From positions 384,001 to 448,000 of the forward strand of contig CAWEWF010000006.1 of the NCBI GenBank assembly GCA_963812605.1: a stretch of DNA of 64,000 nucleotides, written 5' to 3'. This document shows, piece after piece, positions 11,141 to 21,720 of this stretch; position 1 is the stretch's first letter, and each line of letters begins with the position of its first letter. Made by a program: the position numbers and the translations under genes. The stretch is from an uncultured Verrucomicrobiae bacterium. Its GTDB lineage: Bacteria; Verrucomicrobiota; Verrucomicrobiia; Palsa-1439. The notes under the pieces were generated by a model that was not told where the DNA came from, made no database searches, and was given only the letters and a program-made list of their open reading frames with translations.

Positions 11141-11361
11141 ATGAAACGTCGGCAGATGGACACCAAAAGAAATACTGACCAGTTTAACCGGATGACAGAA
11201 AAAGGAAATTGGCAGAGCGCATGATTGCGGCGGAGCATTTTGTGCCGAACAATGAAGGGATGTTCTGTAAATCCTGCCCCTTCCAGAATTCATGTAAAGG
11301 CTGGCATCGGGATCACGCACGCGTAATCAGCATTGGAAAGGAGGAGCAGACAGCGGCTTAA
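11141..11361 (+). pseudogene. C-terminal remnant of a PD-(D/E)xK (Cas4/AddB-like) nuclease
   Basis: With one frameshift reads ...AERMIAAEHFVPNNEGMFCKSCPFQNSCKGWHR...*, i.e. the CxxCx5C terminus; no catalytic N-terminus. Confidence 0.6.
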
Positions 11362-11392
11362 GTGATGGCAGGTCGAGACTGGTAGTGTTGTG

Positions 11393-11420
11393 AAAGAGAA
11401 GGGTGCAGGCCCTTTTCTTT
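11393..11420. terminator. Intrinsic terminator, possibly bidirectional
   Basis: aaagagaaggg-tgcagg-cccttttcttt hairpin with U tract. Confidence 0.6.
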
Positions 11421-11613
11421 AGCTATGGCAGCCTTTACGCAGGCTCAAGGAGTGACTTTCGCTCGAAAGAATCCACTTGGTTGATTGGTCATTCGAACTG
11501 CAAGTGCTAGATCGCCATAGAAGGCAGGTAGAGCAACCCTTGTGAGCCCGATAATCCTTGCCAAATACGAGGTTGTCTGATACCAATCAGACCTTGCGAG
11601 GAGGGTGGGCGAA

Positions 11614-11931
11614 ATGGGCGGACTGTTCAGCGCGGAATTTGAACAGGTCAAACGAAGTTTGGCGGATTTGACTTCGGAGATGCGGTGTCCTCATCATTTT
11701 AAGAACGCCACGGTGGAAATGGACGGTGACAGCTTCGATGATTTCAGCGTGGAGGTCATTACCTGTTGTAGCGAATTCCAAAAGTGCGTCGAAGCGGCCC
11801 TAGACAAGTTGGTGGCACAACAGAGTGTAACCGTAGCTCCTGCTGTTGCTATCACGACTCCCAATCCCCACACAAAACACTCCGTCGCTAATCTCCCCAA
11901 CACCCATCACATCAGTCACCATCGTGCGTAG
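11614..11931 (+). CDS. Small hypothetical protein with CPHH...CC motif
   Basis: Open frame with GAGGAGG upstream; MRCPHHFK...VITCCSEF. Confidence 0.55.
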   Translation: MGGLFSAEFEQVKRSLADLTSEMRCPHHFKNATVEMDGDSFDDFSVEVITCCSEFQKCVEAALDKLVAQQSVTVAPAVAITTPNPHTKHSVANLPNTHHISHHRA

Positions 11932-12083
11932 AAAACGATTCTAGACGCGATCTGAAGTGACCAGAATGACCAGTTTGTATTGACAACACCCAGTTCTTGT
12001 GAAAAACTCCGCACTCAGCGAGTCTAATCCCCACGTCGGGCCAACCAGTCCCAAGATGGGCCAAATCCTAGGGAGTGCGTAGT

Positions 12084-12212
12084 ATGGCAAAGCACGTTAA
12101 AGAATATCCACCGAAGAGGCTCCTCACGCCATTGGAAGGTCAATTACTCCTGTTGCTGTGTGCCGTCGTCGTGGTAATCGTTGGCATGATCCTGAAACAA
12201 CAGCATCTGTAA
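12084..12212 (+). CDS. 42-aa single-pass membrane peptide (below the ORF-track cutoff)
   Basis: GGGAG RBS at 12071; MAKHVKEYPPKRLLTPLEGQLLLLLCAVVVVIVGMILKQQHL*; TTGACA at 11980. Confidence 0.55.
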   Translation: MAKHVKEYPPKRLLTPLEGQLLLLLCAVVVVIVGMILKQQHL

Positions 12213-12560
12213 AGGGGGCAGTCCTTAGTATTGACACGAAGGATTTGGTGCGCGGGGTTTATCGGGTCGGGTTTCTTCTTTCTGCGTTTGACTGCGAGGT
12301 TGGAGGTCACGTCTAATCATCGGGGCAACTCTGGCGAGAGGAAATGGTGTCACATCTCCTCGTATAATGCCCCAGCCTGTTCGCCCTTCCCACCCGCCAG
12401 AAAAACGAAACCTTTGGCGCATTTCCTCCGTCTGTGATAATGAAAACATGGTGTTTTCAGCACAACCAACTCTTGTGCTGCGGTGTTGAAGGTAACAGGT
12501 GATTACATGCGCTTTTTACCGGGAAACCAGGGATTTCGCTTTCGCGGAGGGACGACGGAA

Positions 12561-14387
12561 ATGCTGAATCTACTTGTTCGCAAGCCAAGTAGCCGACGCT
12601 GCTGGCAGGCTATCGCAATCGTGGTGCTTGTCGGATTGTCGGGGAGCCTAGTGCGAGCCCGGGACGACCAGCCACTCACCGACCGACAGAAGATCGTTCA
12701 CGTTCTCAATCGGCTCGGGTACGGCCCGCGCCCCGGCAACGTCGAGCGGGTCGAGAAGATGGGCCTGCCGGCGTATCTTCGCCAGCAATTGCACCCCGAG
12801 ACGATCGACGATTCCGCGCTCCGGTCTGAACTCGCCAAATTCGACATCCTCACCATGAGCGAGACGGAATTGTTCCAGGATTTCCGTGATGAGCAGCAGG
12901 CGAACAAGCAACGAAAGATCGAACAGGCCGATGCGGAGAAGAAGAGCGCAGCCGCCGCGGCCGGCTCTTCAACCAATTCCATGAGCGCCCAGAATGAATC
13001 ATCGCCCGCCCTGAGACGTCCCCGGTACCGCGAAGACGGTCCCCGCCGCTCGGTGATCGCCGTGGCGGAACTGCAGGACGCCAAGATCATCAGCGCCGTC
13101 GATTCGCCCCGCCAACTTTACGAGGTGCTCGTCGATTTCTGGAGCAATCATTTCAACATCGATGTTCGCAAAGGCCCGTGCCGCGTCCTCAAGGTCGTCG
13201 ACGAGCGCGAAGTCATCCGCCCGCACGTCTTCGGCAAATTCCGTGATTTACTGGGGGCTTCCGCCAAGAGTCCCGCGATGCTTCACTATCTCGATAATTT
13301 CCAGAACTCCGCCGAGCGCGAATTGTCCCCCAACGAACTGCGCCGCCACCAGCAATTCCAACAGAGCGTTCCCGGGACAACGGGAGTCATCGAGAGCAAA
13401 CCGCAGAAGGTTGGCGGCCTCAATGAAAATTACGCCCGGGAGATCATGGAACTGCATACGTTGGGCGTGGACGGTGGCTACACGCAAAAAGACGTGCAGG
13501 AAGTGGCCCGTTGCTTCACCGGTTGGGGCGTCGACCCACAAACCGGCGAATTCCAGTTCATGCCGCGCCGCCATGACAACGGCTCGAAGATGGTTCTCGG
13601 CCATTTCATCATGGCCAATGGCGGTATTAAGGACGGCGAAAGGGTTCTCGACATCCTGGCGTCGCACCCCTCGACCGCGAAGTTCATTTCCACGGAACTC
13701 TGCCGCCGCCTCGTGACCGACGATCCGCCGCCCGTGTTGGTGGACCGTGTGGCCAGCGTCTTCCGGGAAACAGACGGCGACCTGCGGCTGGTCGTCCAGG
13801 CGATCATCAACAGCCCCGAGTTCTTCTCGCCGCAAGCCTATCGCGCAAAAATCAAATCGCCCTTTGAATTCGCCGTGTCCGCCGTTCGCGCGACCGGCCG
13901 GTCCATTGTGGACGATGACTTCCCGCCGATGAATGCGCGCCTCGCCATGGAAGCGGGCGCCACGTTCGGGCGCGGCATGGACCGGATCGCGAACGCCAGG
14001 CGCAAATCGTTGGATATTGCTCTCATTGAGATGGGCCAGCCCTTGTTCGCGTACCAGGCGCCCACGGGTTATACCGAGGACTCGCGCAAGTGGGTCAACG
14101 CGGGCGCGCTGATTGCCCGCATGAACTTTGCCCTCGCGCTGTCGGAACACAAGGTCATCGATGTCTCGACCGCCCCCACGGATTTGATTCGCGGCGTGGA
14201 CAGCGATAAGCCCGGCTTGGTCCTCGATCAATTGAATCAGGTCTTGCTCCACGGCGAGATGGCGCCCACCACGCGCGCCACGCTGGAAAAGCAAATCTCG
14301 AACAAGGATGCTGACGAGGCCAGCACCGTCAACGTTCCCGAACTCACCGCCCTGGTCCTTGGTTCACCGGAATTCCAACGCCACTAA
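12561..14387 (+). CDS. DUF1800-family exported protein
   Basis: HVLNRLGYGPRPG, DFWSNHFN, SPAMLHYLDN, NENYAREIMELHTLGVDGGYTQKDV, KIKSPFE, LGSPEFQRH. Confidence 0.93.
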   Translation: MLNLLVRKPSSRRCWQAIAIVVLVGLSGSLVRARDDQPLTDRQKIVHVLNRLGYGPRPGNVERVEKMGLPAYLRQQLHPETIDDSALRSELAKFDILTMSETELFQDFRDEQQANKQRKIEQADAEKKSAAAAAGSSTNSMSAQNESSPALRRPRYREDGPRRSVIAVAELQDAKIISAVDSPRQLYEVLVDFWSNHFNIDVRKGPCRVLKVVDEREVIRPHVFGKFRDLLGASAKSPAMLHYLDNFQNSAERELSPNELRRHQQFQQSVPGTTGVIESKPQKVGGLNENYAREIMELHTLGVDGGYTQKDVQEVARCFTGWGVDPQTGEFQFMPRRHDNGSKMVLGHFIMANGGIKDGERVLDILASHPSTAKFISTELCRRLVTDDPPPVLVDRVASVFRETDGDLRLVVQAIINSPEFFSPQAYRAKIKSPFEFAVSAVRATGRSIVDDDFPPMNARLAMEAGATFGRGMDRIANARRKSLDIALIEMGQPLFAYQAPTGYTEDSRKWVNAGALIARMNFALALSEHKVIDVSTAPTDLIRGVDSDKPGLVLDQLNQVLLHGEMAPTTRATLEKQISNKDADEASTVNVPELTALVLGSPEFQRH

Positions 14388-14403
14388 TGCAAGGAGATCG
14401 ATC

Positions 14404-15702
14404 ATGACACTCACACGTCGAGCATTTCTCAAACGCGGCGGTCTGGCCCTGGTATCCGTCGGCACGATGCCGCTGTGGGGGCCGTCTTTCCTCCAGCAAC
14501 TGGTCTTCGCCGCTGACCCGGCCCAGGCAGGAGGCAAAAAGATTCTCATCTGCATTTTCCAGCGCGGGGCGGTGGACGGACTCTCCATGGTCGTGCCCTT
14601 CGGCGATCCCTACTATTACCAGGCCCGTTCCGAGATCGCGATCGCCCAGCCCACCCAGAAAGCCGGCGTGGAAGGCGTGCTCCCCCTCGACGACCTCTTC
14701 GGTTTCCACCCGAACATGGCCGCGCTGATGCCCATCTACAAGAGCGGTCATCTGGCCCTGATTCACGCCTGCGGCTCGCCCAGTTCCAACCGCTCGCATT
14801 TCGACGCGCAGGATTTCATGGAATGTGGCGTGGCGGATGACAAATCGATCCGCACCGGTTGGCTCAATCGCGCCCTGCTCGAATGTCCCGAGGATCGCGC
14901 CAAGCTCACTCCTTTTCGCGCAGTCTCGATGACCTCCATTTTGCCACGCACCTTGCAAGGCGATCAGGAGGCGCTGGCCATTCCCGATCTGAAGTCATTT
15001 GGGGTCGGCGGCGCCGGCTTCGCCCCGAGCAGCACCACCGCCTCCGCCGCGAGCGGATTCGAGGGCATGTACGAAAGCGCCGTGGGCGACCTGCTGCACG
15101 GCAACGGCAAGGACGCTTTCGATGCCATCGGGATGTTGAAGGCCGCTGACCCGACAAAGTATTCGCCGCGCAACGGCGCTTCCTATCCGAATGGCGCATT
15201 CGGTCGTTCGCTCATGCAAATCGCCCAGATGATCAAGGCCAACATCGGCGTCGAAGTCGCCTTTGCCGAAATCGGCGGCTGGGATACTCACGTCAATCAG
15301 GGCGCCGCACAGGGCCAGTTGGCCAATCGGTTTACGGAATTCTCCGGCGGCCTCGCCGCCTTGTACCAGGACCTCGGCGATCGCATGGACGACGTGGTCA
15401 TCCTGACAATGAGCGAGTTTGGCCGTACCGTCCGCCAAAACGGCAACCGCGGCACGGACCATGGTCATGCCACTTGTTTCATGGTGCTCGGCGGCCCGAT
15501 CCGTGGCGGCAAGGTTTACGGCAAATGGCCCGGTCTCGCCCGTGAACAACTTTTTGAACAGCGCGACCTGATGTTGACCACCGACTACCGCGACGTCTTT
15601 GCCGAATTGTCCCAGAAGCATCTCGGCGCTCGCGATGTTGACAAGATTTTTCCGAACCACACGCTCCATCCCAGGAACTACCCGGGATTGGTGGCGGTAT
15701 AA
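14404..15702 (+). CDS. DUF1501-family Tat-exported protein
   Basis: TRRAFLK signal; FQRGAVDGLS, RSHFDAQ, GGWDTH, SEFGRT, NGNRGTDHG; directly follows DUF1800. Confidence 0.93.
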   Translation: MTLTRRAFLKRGGLALVSVGTMPLWGPSFLQQLVFAADPAQAGGKKILICIFQRGAVDGLSMVVPFGDPYYYQARSEIAIAQPTQKAGVEGVLPLDDLFGFHPNMAALMPIYKSGHLALIHACGSPSSNRSHFDAQDFMECGVADDKSIRTGWLNRALLECPEDRAKLTPFRAVSMTSILPRTLQGDQEALAIPDLKSFGVGGAGFAPSSTTASAASGFEGMYESAVGDLLHGNGKDAFDAIGMLKAADPTKYSPRNGASYPNGAFGRSLMQIAQMIKANIGVEVAFAEIGGWDTHVNQGAAQGQLANRFTEFSGGLAALYQDLGDRMDDVVILTMSEFGRTVRQNGNRGTDHGHATCFMVLGGPIRGGKVYGKWPGLAREQLFEQRDLMLTTDYRDVFAELSQKHLGARDVDKIFPNHTLHPRNYPGLVAV

Positions 15703-15916
15703 GCCGGGAAATGCGTTCTTTCCAGCCTTCGGGTCTTCAGCATCGTTGCCAATTTGTTGCCGTGTCGAAATCTGATCGTCGCGCTCCTCGGCCAGTCTTG
15801 CAATGCTGCCAGTTCTCCTTGACTGCGGCTGCGCGGGGCGGTTCCCACCGCTTCATCCTCCAAAGCACCTCTCCCGCGCGCCCCCCTGTTTGCGTTTCAT
15901 CGTCCAGACATATTCA

Positions 15917-16025
15917 TGCGCAACGCTTGCGCAACGGAAACCGATCACCTGTGAAGACAATGCGCATCGCAGAATGGCAAGTTGTTGATTTACAATGCCT
16001 TTTCGGGCTTGGCATTTCTTTTGCT
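15917..16025 (+). promoter_or_regulatory. Sigma-54 promoter with enhancer-like palindromes and IHF site
   Basis: TGCGCAACGCTTGCGCA (15917-33) and TGTGAAGACAATGCGCA (15950-66); AATCAACAACTTG on minus (15978-90) fits WATCAANNNNTTR; TTGGCATTTCTTTTGCT (16009-25). Confidence 0.8.
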
Positions 16026-16102
16026 AAGGACGTCAGGGTAAACTGCAGGAGAACAATCTGTGGTAACGCGAACGTATCAACCGAACAATTGAAGGAGCCG
16101 GA

Positions 16103-16630
16103 ATGATGAAAAGAATAATGATCAGACCGTTGCTGTTAACCGTTGGATTGGCCGCACTCGTGGTCGGGGCGGGAAATGTAATGGCCCAGGCCGACGGCGG
16201 CGATGGCGGCCGGCGAGGCGGAAATTCTGACCCGGCGCAGTTTCAGCAGCAAATGATGGATCGCTTCAAGGAACGCCTGGAGATGACCAACGATGACGAG
16301 TGGGCGGCTGTCCAGGGCCTGGTCCAAAAGGTAATGGATGCGCGACGCGCAACTTTCAGCGGAATGGGATTTGGCGGTGGCCGCCGCAATAACGGTGGTG
16401 GCAACGGTGGGCGCGGTGGGTTCAATGCCCCGCCAAGTCCTGAAGCCGAAGACCTGCAAAAAGCACTGGATGCGAAGGCTTCCCCCGATGAGTTGAAAGC
16501 CAAGCTGGCGAAATTCCGCGAGGCGCGCAAGGTGAAGGAAGCGGCTTTGACCAAGGCCCAGGAAGACCTTCGCAAAGTGCTGACAGTTCGCCAGGAAGCC
16601 ACGGCAGTCTCCATGGGACTTCTGCCATAA
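16103..16630 (+). CDS. Exported helical, Gly/Arg-rich protein with LTxxQ motif (Spy/CpxP/ZraP-like)
   Basis: AAGGAG RBS, signal peptide, ERLEMTNDDEW and KVLTVRQEA; family call is an inference. Confidence 0.6.
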   Translation: MMKRIMIRPLLLTVGLAALVVGAGNVMAQADGGDGGRRGGNSDPAQFQQQMMDRFKERLEMTNDDEWAAVQGLVQKVMDARRATFSGMGFGGGRRNNGGGNGGRGGFNAPPSPEAEDLQKALDAKASPDELKAKLAKFREARKVKEAALTKAQEDLRKVLTVRQEATAVSMGLLP

Positions 16631-16661
16631 CAAAACCGGCAAGGAGACGCGGGAAGACAAC

Positions 16662-18381
16662 GTGAACGAGTTACTCGATAAAATGGTGGCGGCCCGGCAA
16701 CTGTCGGTTGCCGATGCCGCGACCCTGGCCCGGCAGCCGGTAGAGGGTCCCCACGCCATTCGCTCCGAAGAGGACGTGCTTCGCTGGCTGGCCGGCGAGT
16801 ATGGACTGGCCTACACCGATTTGGAGAACGTCGAATTGGATCGTGAACTCTTGTCGCTGTTTCCGCCGCGTATCCTGCTGAAGGAAGAACTCCTGCCGTT
16901 GAAGCGCGTCAATGGCTCCGTCGAGGTGGCCACGAGCCGCCTGTTTGCCACACAAGGGCTTGATACTCTCAAGGCGATGACGGGCTTGAAGCTCAAGCCC
17001 ATCCTCGCCCCGAGCGAAGCGATCCAGCGGGAGATGAAGAAACGGCTGGGGGTGGGCGCGGACACCATCGGCACGCTGGAAGAGGAAGCGCCCCTCCAGG
17101 TCGTCAGCGAGGACGGCTCCGAGGAAGATACCGATTTGGACGCCGCGGCGGAAGACGCGTCCATCATCCGCTTCGTCAACCAGGTGCTGCGCGACGCGAT
17201 CGAATTGCGGGCTTCGGACATTCATCTCGAACCCTTCGAACACGAGTTCCGCATTCGCTACCGGATTGATGGCGTGCTCCAGGAGGTCCCCGTCCCCTCC
17301 CAACTCAAACGGTTTCAACCGGCCATTGTTTCCCGCATCAAGATTCTCAGCCATCTCAATATCGCCGAGAAGCGGCTGCCGCAGGATGGCCGCATCAAGA
17401 TCCGCATCGATGACGGCGAAGTGGACATTCGCGTTTCCGTCATCCCGATGCTCCACGGCGAAGCGGTGGTAATGCGTTTGCTGCGGCAGAACGCCACGCT
17501 GCGCGGCCTGGGTGAACTGGGCATGGACGCGCCCGAACTGGATCGCTTCCGCCGCGTCCTTCAATTGCCGCATGGAATTATTTTGGTGACGGGCCCGACC
17601 GGCAGCGGCAAAACTTCCACGCTCTACACGGCGCTCAATGAGATCAACGATGCCGTCCGCAAGATTGTCACGATTGAAGATCCGATCGAGTATCAACTCA
17701 AGGGCGTCAACCAGATCCAGGTGTCCGAAAAAGCCGGGCTTAACTTTTGCCCGCGGCCTGCGCTCCATCCTGCGCCATGATCCCGACGTCATTCTCATCG
17801 GCGAAATTCGCGACCAGGAGACGGCGCAAATCGCCGTGCAGGCCTCCCTCACGGGTCATTTGGTCTTTTCCACGCTCCACACCAACGACGCCCCCGGCGC
17901 CTTGACCCGTCTCGTCGATATGGGCGTCGAACCGTATCTCGTGGCGTCGTCCCTCGAAGCAGTCCTGGCCCAGCGCCTCGTGCGCGTGCTCTGCACGCAT
18001 TGCAAGCAAGTGGATGAATCCCCCACCGCCCAGTCGTTCAAGGTCCAGGTGGGCATCCCCGCCGCTACCACGATTTACCGTTCGGTCGGTTGCCGGGAAT
18101 GCCGCCAAACCGGCTTCTTCGGCCGCCACGCCATTTTCGAGTGGATGGATTCCGACGACGAAATCCGCCAATTGATTCTGAAAAGCTCTTCCAGCGACGT
18201 CATCCGCGAGGCGGCCCGTCGCGCTGGTTTGCGCACGCTGGCGGAGGACGGCTGGCGGCTCGTGCGCCTGGGCATCACCACCGTCGAGGAAGTGTTAAGC
18301 GTGACGACCGCCAAGGAAGTGGCGCGCGCCAATAAAACCGAGCCGGTCACCGCTCCAACAGCGACACCCGGGAAAATGTAA
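16662..18381 (+). CDS. gspE: Type II secretion ATPase GspE/PulE; frameshift near 17745
   Basis: [20 protein letters not shown], Walker [44 protein letters not shown], tetra-Cys. Confidence 0.95.
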
Positions 18382-18383
18382 CG

Positions 18384-19624
18384 ATGCCCCTCTTTCTTTA
18401 CAAAGCCCTGCAGACCGATGGGAGCGTCACCGAAGGCAACATCGACGCCGAGGGCCGGCAGGAGGCCTTCCGTCAAATTGAAGGCCGCGGGCTGACGCCC
18501 ATCAGCTTATTGGCTGGTTCCAACGGCCAGGCCGCCAAGGGCGGTGAGGTGAAAAAAGACATGGTGGCAACGCCCTGGGCTTCCAAGAAAATCTCCTCTC
18601 GCACGCTCGAGAATTTTACCCGGCTGTTGTCCAGCCTCCTGGCGGCGGGCGTGCCTCTGAGCCGGGCCCTGGTCATTCTTCACCGTGAAGCCTCGACACC
18701 CCTGGCTCGGAAGAAGTGGAAGGAAATCCATGATTCCGTCGTGGACGGCGTGACCCTGGCCGATACGATGGCGCGCTCGCCGGATACTTTTCCGCGCGTT
18801 TACGTGGCGATGGTCGAGGCCGGCGAGACCGGCGGCTTCCTGGATTTGGTGCTCGCGCAAATCGCCGATTTCCAGGCGCGGGAAAAAGAGTTGCGTTCGA
18901 AAGTGATGGCGGCCCTGCTCTATCCGGCGGTCTTGCTGGCGGTGGCCCTGTCGTCCTCGTTTTTCTGCTGGTGTTCTTCATACCGCGATTGCAGCCTCTC
19001 TTTATCAGCTTTGGTGGAACCCTGCCGCTCTTAACGCGGATGATCATCGCCACGAGCACCGTCGTCCGGTCCTACGGTTTCTTCGTCGCACTCGGGCTGG
19101 CGCTGGGCGGTTATTTCATTCGCAATTGGATGCGATCGCAACAAGGAAGGCGTGTTTGGGAGCGTGCCCTGCTGCGCGCGCCGGTGGTGGGAAAACTCAT
19201 CGCGCAATTTGCCATGGCCCGGTTCTGCCGGATGCTCGGGACTTTGCTGGCCGCCGGTGTGCCGCTGATCAATGGATTGACCGTGGCCCGCAAATCCATT
19301 GGGAACCAGATCCTCGTGGACGCGGTCGCCAATTCCATCGAACGGGTGAAGGAAGGCGCCGCGCTGGGGCCGAGCCTGGCCAGTTGCCGCGAACTTTTCA
19401 CCGGCTCCGTCCTGGAAATGATTTCCGTGGCGGAAGAAAGCGGCCGCTTGGATCAGGAACTCATTCGCCTCGCGGACGTCACGGAACGCGACCTGGATCG
19501 CGAGTTGAAGATGGCCGTGTCCCTCGCCGAGCCGCTGATGTTGTTTTTTATCGCCGGATTCATCGGCACGATTTTCATCGGGATGGCCCTCCCGATCTTC
19601 TCGCTTCAGGATTACATCAAATGA
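18384..19624 (+). CDS. gspF: Type II secretion inner-membrane platform GspF; frameshift near 18950
   Basis: LLAAGVPL twice, AGETGG, ALLYP, AEESGRLD, AEPLM, MALPIF. Confidence 0.93.
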
Positions 19625-19644
19625 ATACCCAAGGAGCTGCCATC

Positions 19645-20106
19645 ATGAAACGGAACCCATCCATCAAAAATCAATTGCGCCGGAGCAGCCGGGAGGCGTT
19701 CACGTTGATTGAACTGCTCCTGGTGCTCGTGATTCTCGGCGTGCTCGCCGCCATCGTGGTGCCGAAGTTCGCGGGTCGAACCGAACAGGCAAGAAATACT
19801 GCCGCAAAAACGCAGATCTCCAATTTCGAGACCGCGCTCGACGCCTTTGAGGTGGACAACGGTTATTATCCCAAGGGCAAGAACGGCCTCAATGATCTCG
19901 TTGTCCAACCCAAGGACGCGCCCAACTGGCATGGTCCGTACCTCAAGCAGGAAAGCATTCCCAACGACCCGTGGGGACAGCCTTACATTTACGATTGTCC
20001 GGGCAAACACAATGCAAGCACGTACGACATCATGTCCATGGGACCCGATGGACGCGTGGGCGGCGATGATGACATCACAAGCTGGGACCAGGGCAAGAAG
20101 CATTAG
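19645..20106 (+). CDS. gspG: Major pseudopilin GspG
   Basis: AFTLIELLLVLVILGVLAAIVVP, ALDAFEVDNGYYP, WHGPYL, DPWGQPY, SMGPDG. Confidence 0.95.
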   Translation: MKRNPSIKNQLRRSSREAFTLIELLLVLVILGVLAAIVVPKFAGRTEQARNTAAKTQISNFETALDAFEVDNGYYPKGKNGLNDLVVQPKDAPNWHGPYLKQESIPNDPWGQPYIYDCPGKHNASTYDIMSMGPDGRVGGDDDITSWDQGKKH

Positions 20107-20631
20107 GCCGCGGCAGCGCAGCGCCTTTACGCTGATCGAGCTGATCGTGGTGATGGCCCTGCTGTCGATCGTGATCGCCATCGGCGCGCCCCGGCTGGCC
20201 AGGTTTTTTCACGGGCAGACGGTCGCGGAAGAAGGCCAGCGACTGTTGGCCCTGACCCGGTACGGCCAGAGCCGGGCCGCCTCGGAAGGCTTGCCGATGA
20301 TTCTGTGGATGAATCCGGCAAATGGGACGTACGGGCTGCGGATGCAGGATGGATTCAGTGCCGGGGGAACGACGGCCCCGGCGGAACCGGGAAAGATAAG
20401 AGCTACCAACTGGGGGATGGGCTGCGGTTCCAGTTCGAGCAGGGAGTGGCCATGCCGAAGCAAGGAGCCAGCATCCTGTTTGCGCCCGATGGCTCCATCG
20501 AAGAAAGCAGTGTGCACCGGGTGGTGATCGCCCAGGACGATGGCGATTGGTCGGCCATCGCGGAATCACCGAATCAGATGAATTATGTCACGGTTGAGAA
20601 AACAAATGCGCGGGCAACGATATCGTGGTAG
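20066..20631 (+). CDS. gspH: Minor pseudopilin (GspH-like); frameshift near 20395
   Basis: AFTLIELIVVMALL prepilin motif, FAPDGS; position after gspG. Confidence 0.8.
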
Positions 20632-21013
20632 CCGGAATTTACGGAGCGGCTTCACGTTGGTCGAAATGCTGGCCGCCATGCTTTTCATGGCCATCGTCAT
20701 CCCGGTGGCTTTGCAAGGTCTGCGGATCGCCAGCCGCGCCGGGGCCGTGGCCGGTCGCAAAAGCGTCGCCGTGCAGTTGGCCGAAAGCAAATTGAATGAA
20801 CTGATCGTCACCGGTCAATGGCACAACTCCGGTCAGGGCGGCGCTTACGGCGCGCAGTGGCCGGGCTATCAGTGGACGGTAAAGAACGAACCGTGGGGCG
20901 GCGACACCACTGTCAATAGCCTGCGGCTCGTGACCGTCGAGGTCACCTACTTCGTGCAGGGACAGAATTACAACGTGCACTTGAGCACGGTATTGCCGGA
21001 CACAGCCCTATGA
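20606..21013 (+). CDS. gspI: Minor pseudopilin (GspI-like)
   Basis: GFTLVEMLAAM, LAESKLNE, YQW, LRLVTVEV. Confidence 0.8.
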   Translation: MRGQRYRGSRNLRSGFTLVEMLAAMLFMAIVIPVALQGLRIASRAGAVAGRKSVAVQLAESKLNELIVTGQWHNSGQGGAYGAQWPGYQWTVKNEPWGGDTTVNSLRLVTVEVTYFVQGQNYNVHLSTVLPDTAL

Positions 21014-21720
21014 CGCGCCGAGGCAACCAACGCAAGCTTTCAGACGACAGCGCCTTCACCCTGTTGGAGGTGTTGATCGCGACGCTGATCGCCGCCGTGG
21101 TCCTCGCGGCAATGAACGCCGCATTCTATGCGGCGCTGCATTTGCGATCGGTCACCAACGACCTGGTCGAAAACAGCATTCCGATGAACCATGCCGCCTC
21201 GATCCTCAAAGCCGACCTGCGGGGCACGTTGATCACCGGTGGAACCATGGCCGTTTCCATCGAAAGCCCCGGCGCGGAAAGCAGCGACAACCAACCCACG
21301 GACCTGGACATTTACACAACGACGGGGATACTCCGCGACGACCAGCCCTGGGGAGACGTGCAAAAGGTCTCCTATTTGCTGAAAGACTCGGCCAACGCCT
21401 CCCGCCTGGGTGGCAAGGACCTGGTTCGCGCGGTCACCCGCAATCTGTTGGCTTCCACGCAACCGGATCTGGCCGAACAGCCGCTCTTGAGTGGTGTCGG
21501 CTCCGTACAGTTTTCATTTTACGACGGCGCGAATTGGCAAACCACCTGGGATTCAACGTCGGCGGTTACCCCCACGCCGCTGGCGATCAAGGTGCACGTC
21601 GAGTTTGCCAACAAAAATACCACCGGACAAGGACGGCTACCGCTGGAGATCCTGGTCCCGGTGGACGGACAGATGTCCAGTAACAGTGTCGCAGCGTCGG
21701 GAAGCGTGACCGGCGGATGA
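21010..21720 (+). CDS. gspJ: Minor pseudopilin (GspJ-like)
   Basis: AFTLLEVLIA, ADLR, FYDGANWQTTWDS, PLAIKV. Confidence 0.82.
   Translation: MTRRGNQRKLSDDSAFTLLEVLIATLIAAVVLAAMNAAFYAALHLRSVTNDLVENSIPMNHAASILKADLRGTLITGGTMAVSIESPGAESSDNQPTDLDIYTTTGILRDDQPWGDVQKVSYLLKDSANASRLGGKDLVRAVTRNLLASTQPDLAEQPLLSGVGSVQFSFYDGANWQTTWDSTSAVTPTPLAIKVHVEFANKNTTGQGRLPLEILVPVDGQMSSNSVAASGSVTGG

Noticed and set aside
11141-11361. cas4 gene or CRISPR-Cas locus
   Set aside because: Only a Cys-rich tail is present; there are no cas genes or repeat-spacer array in the window
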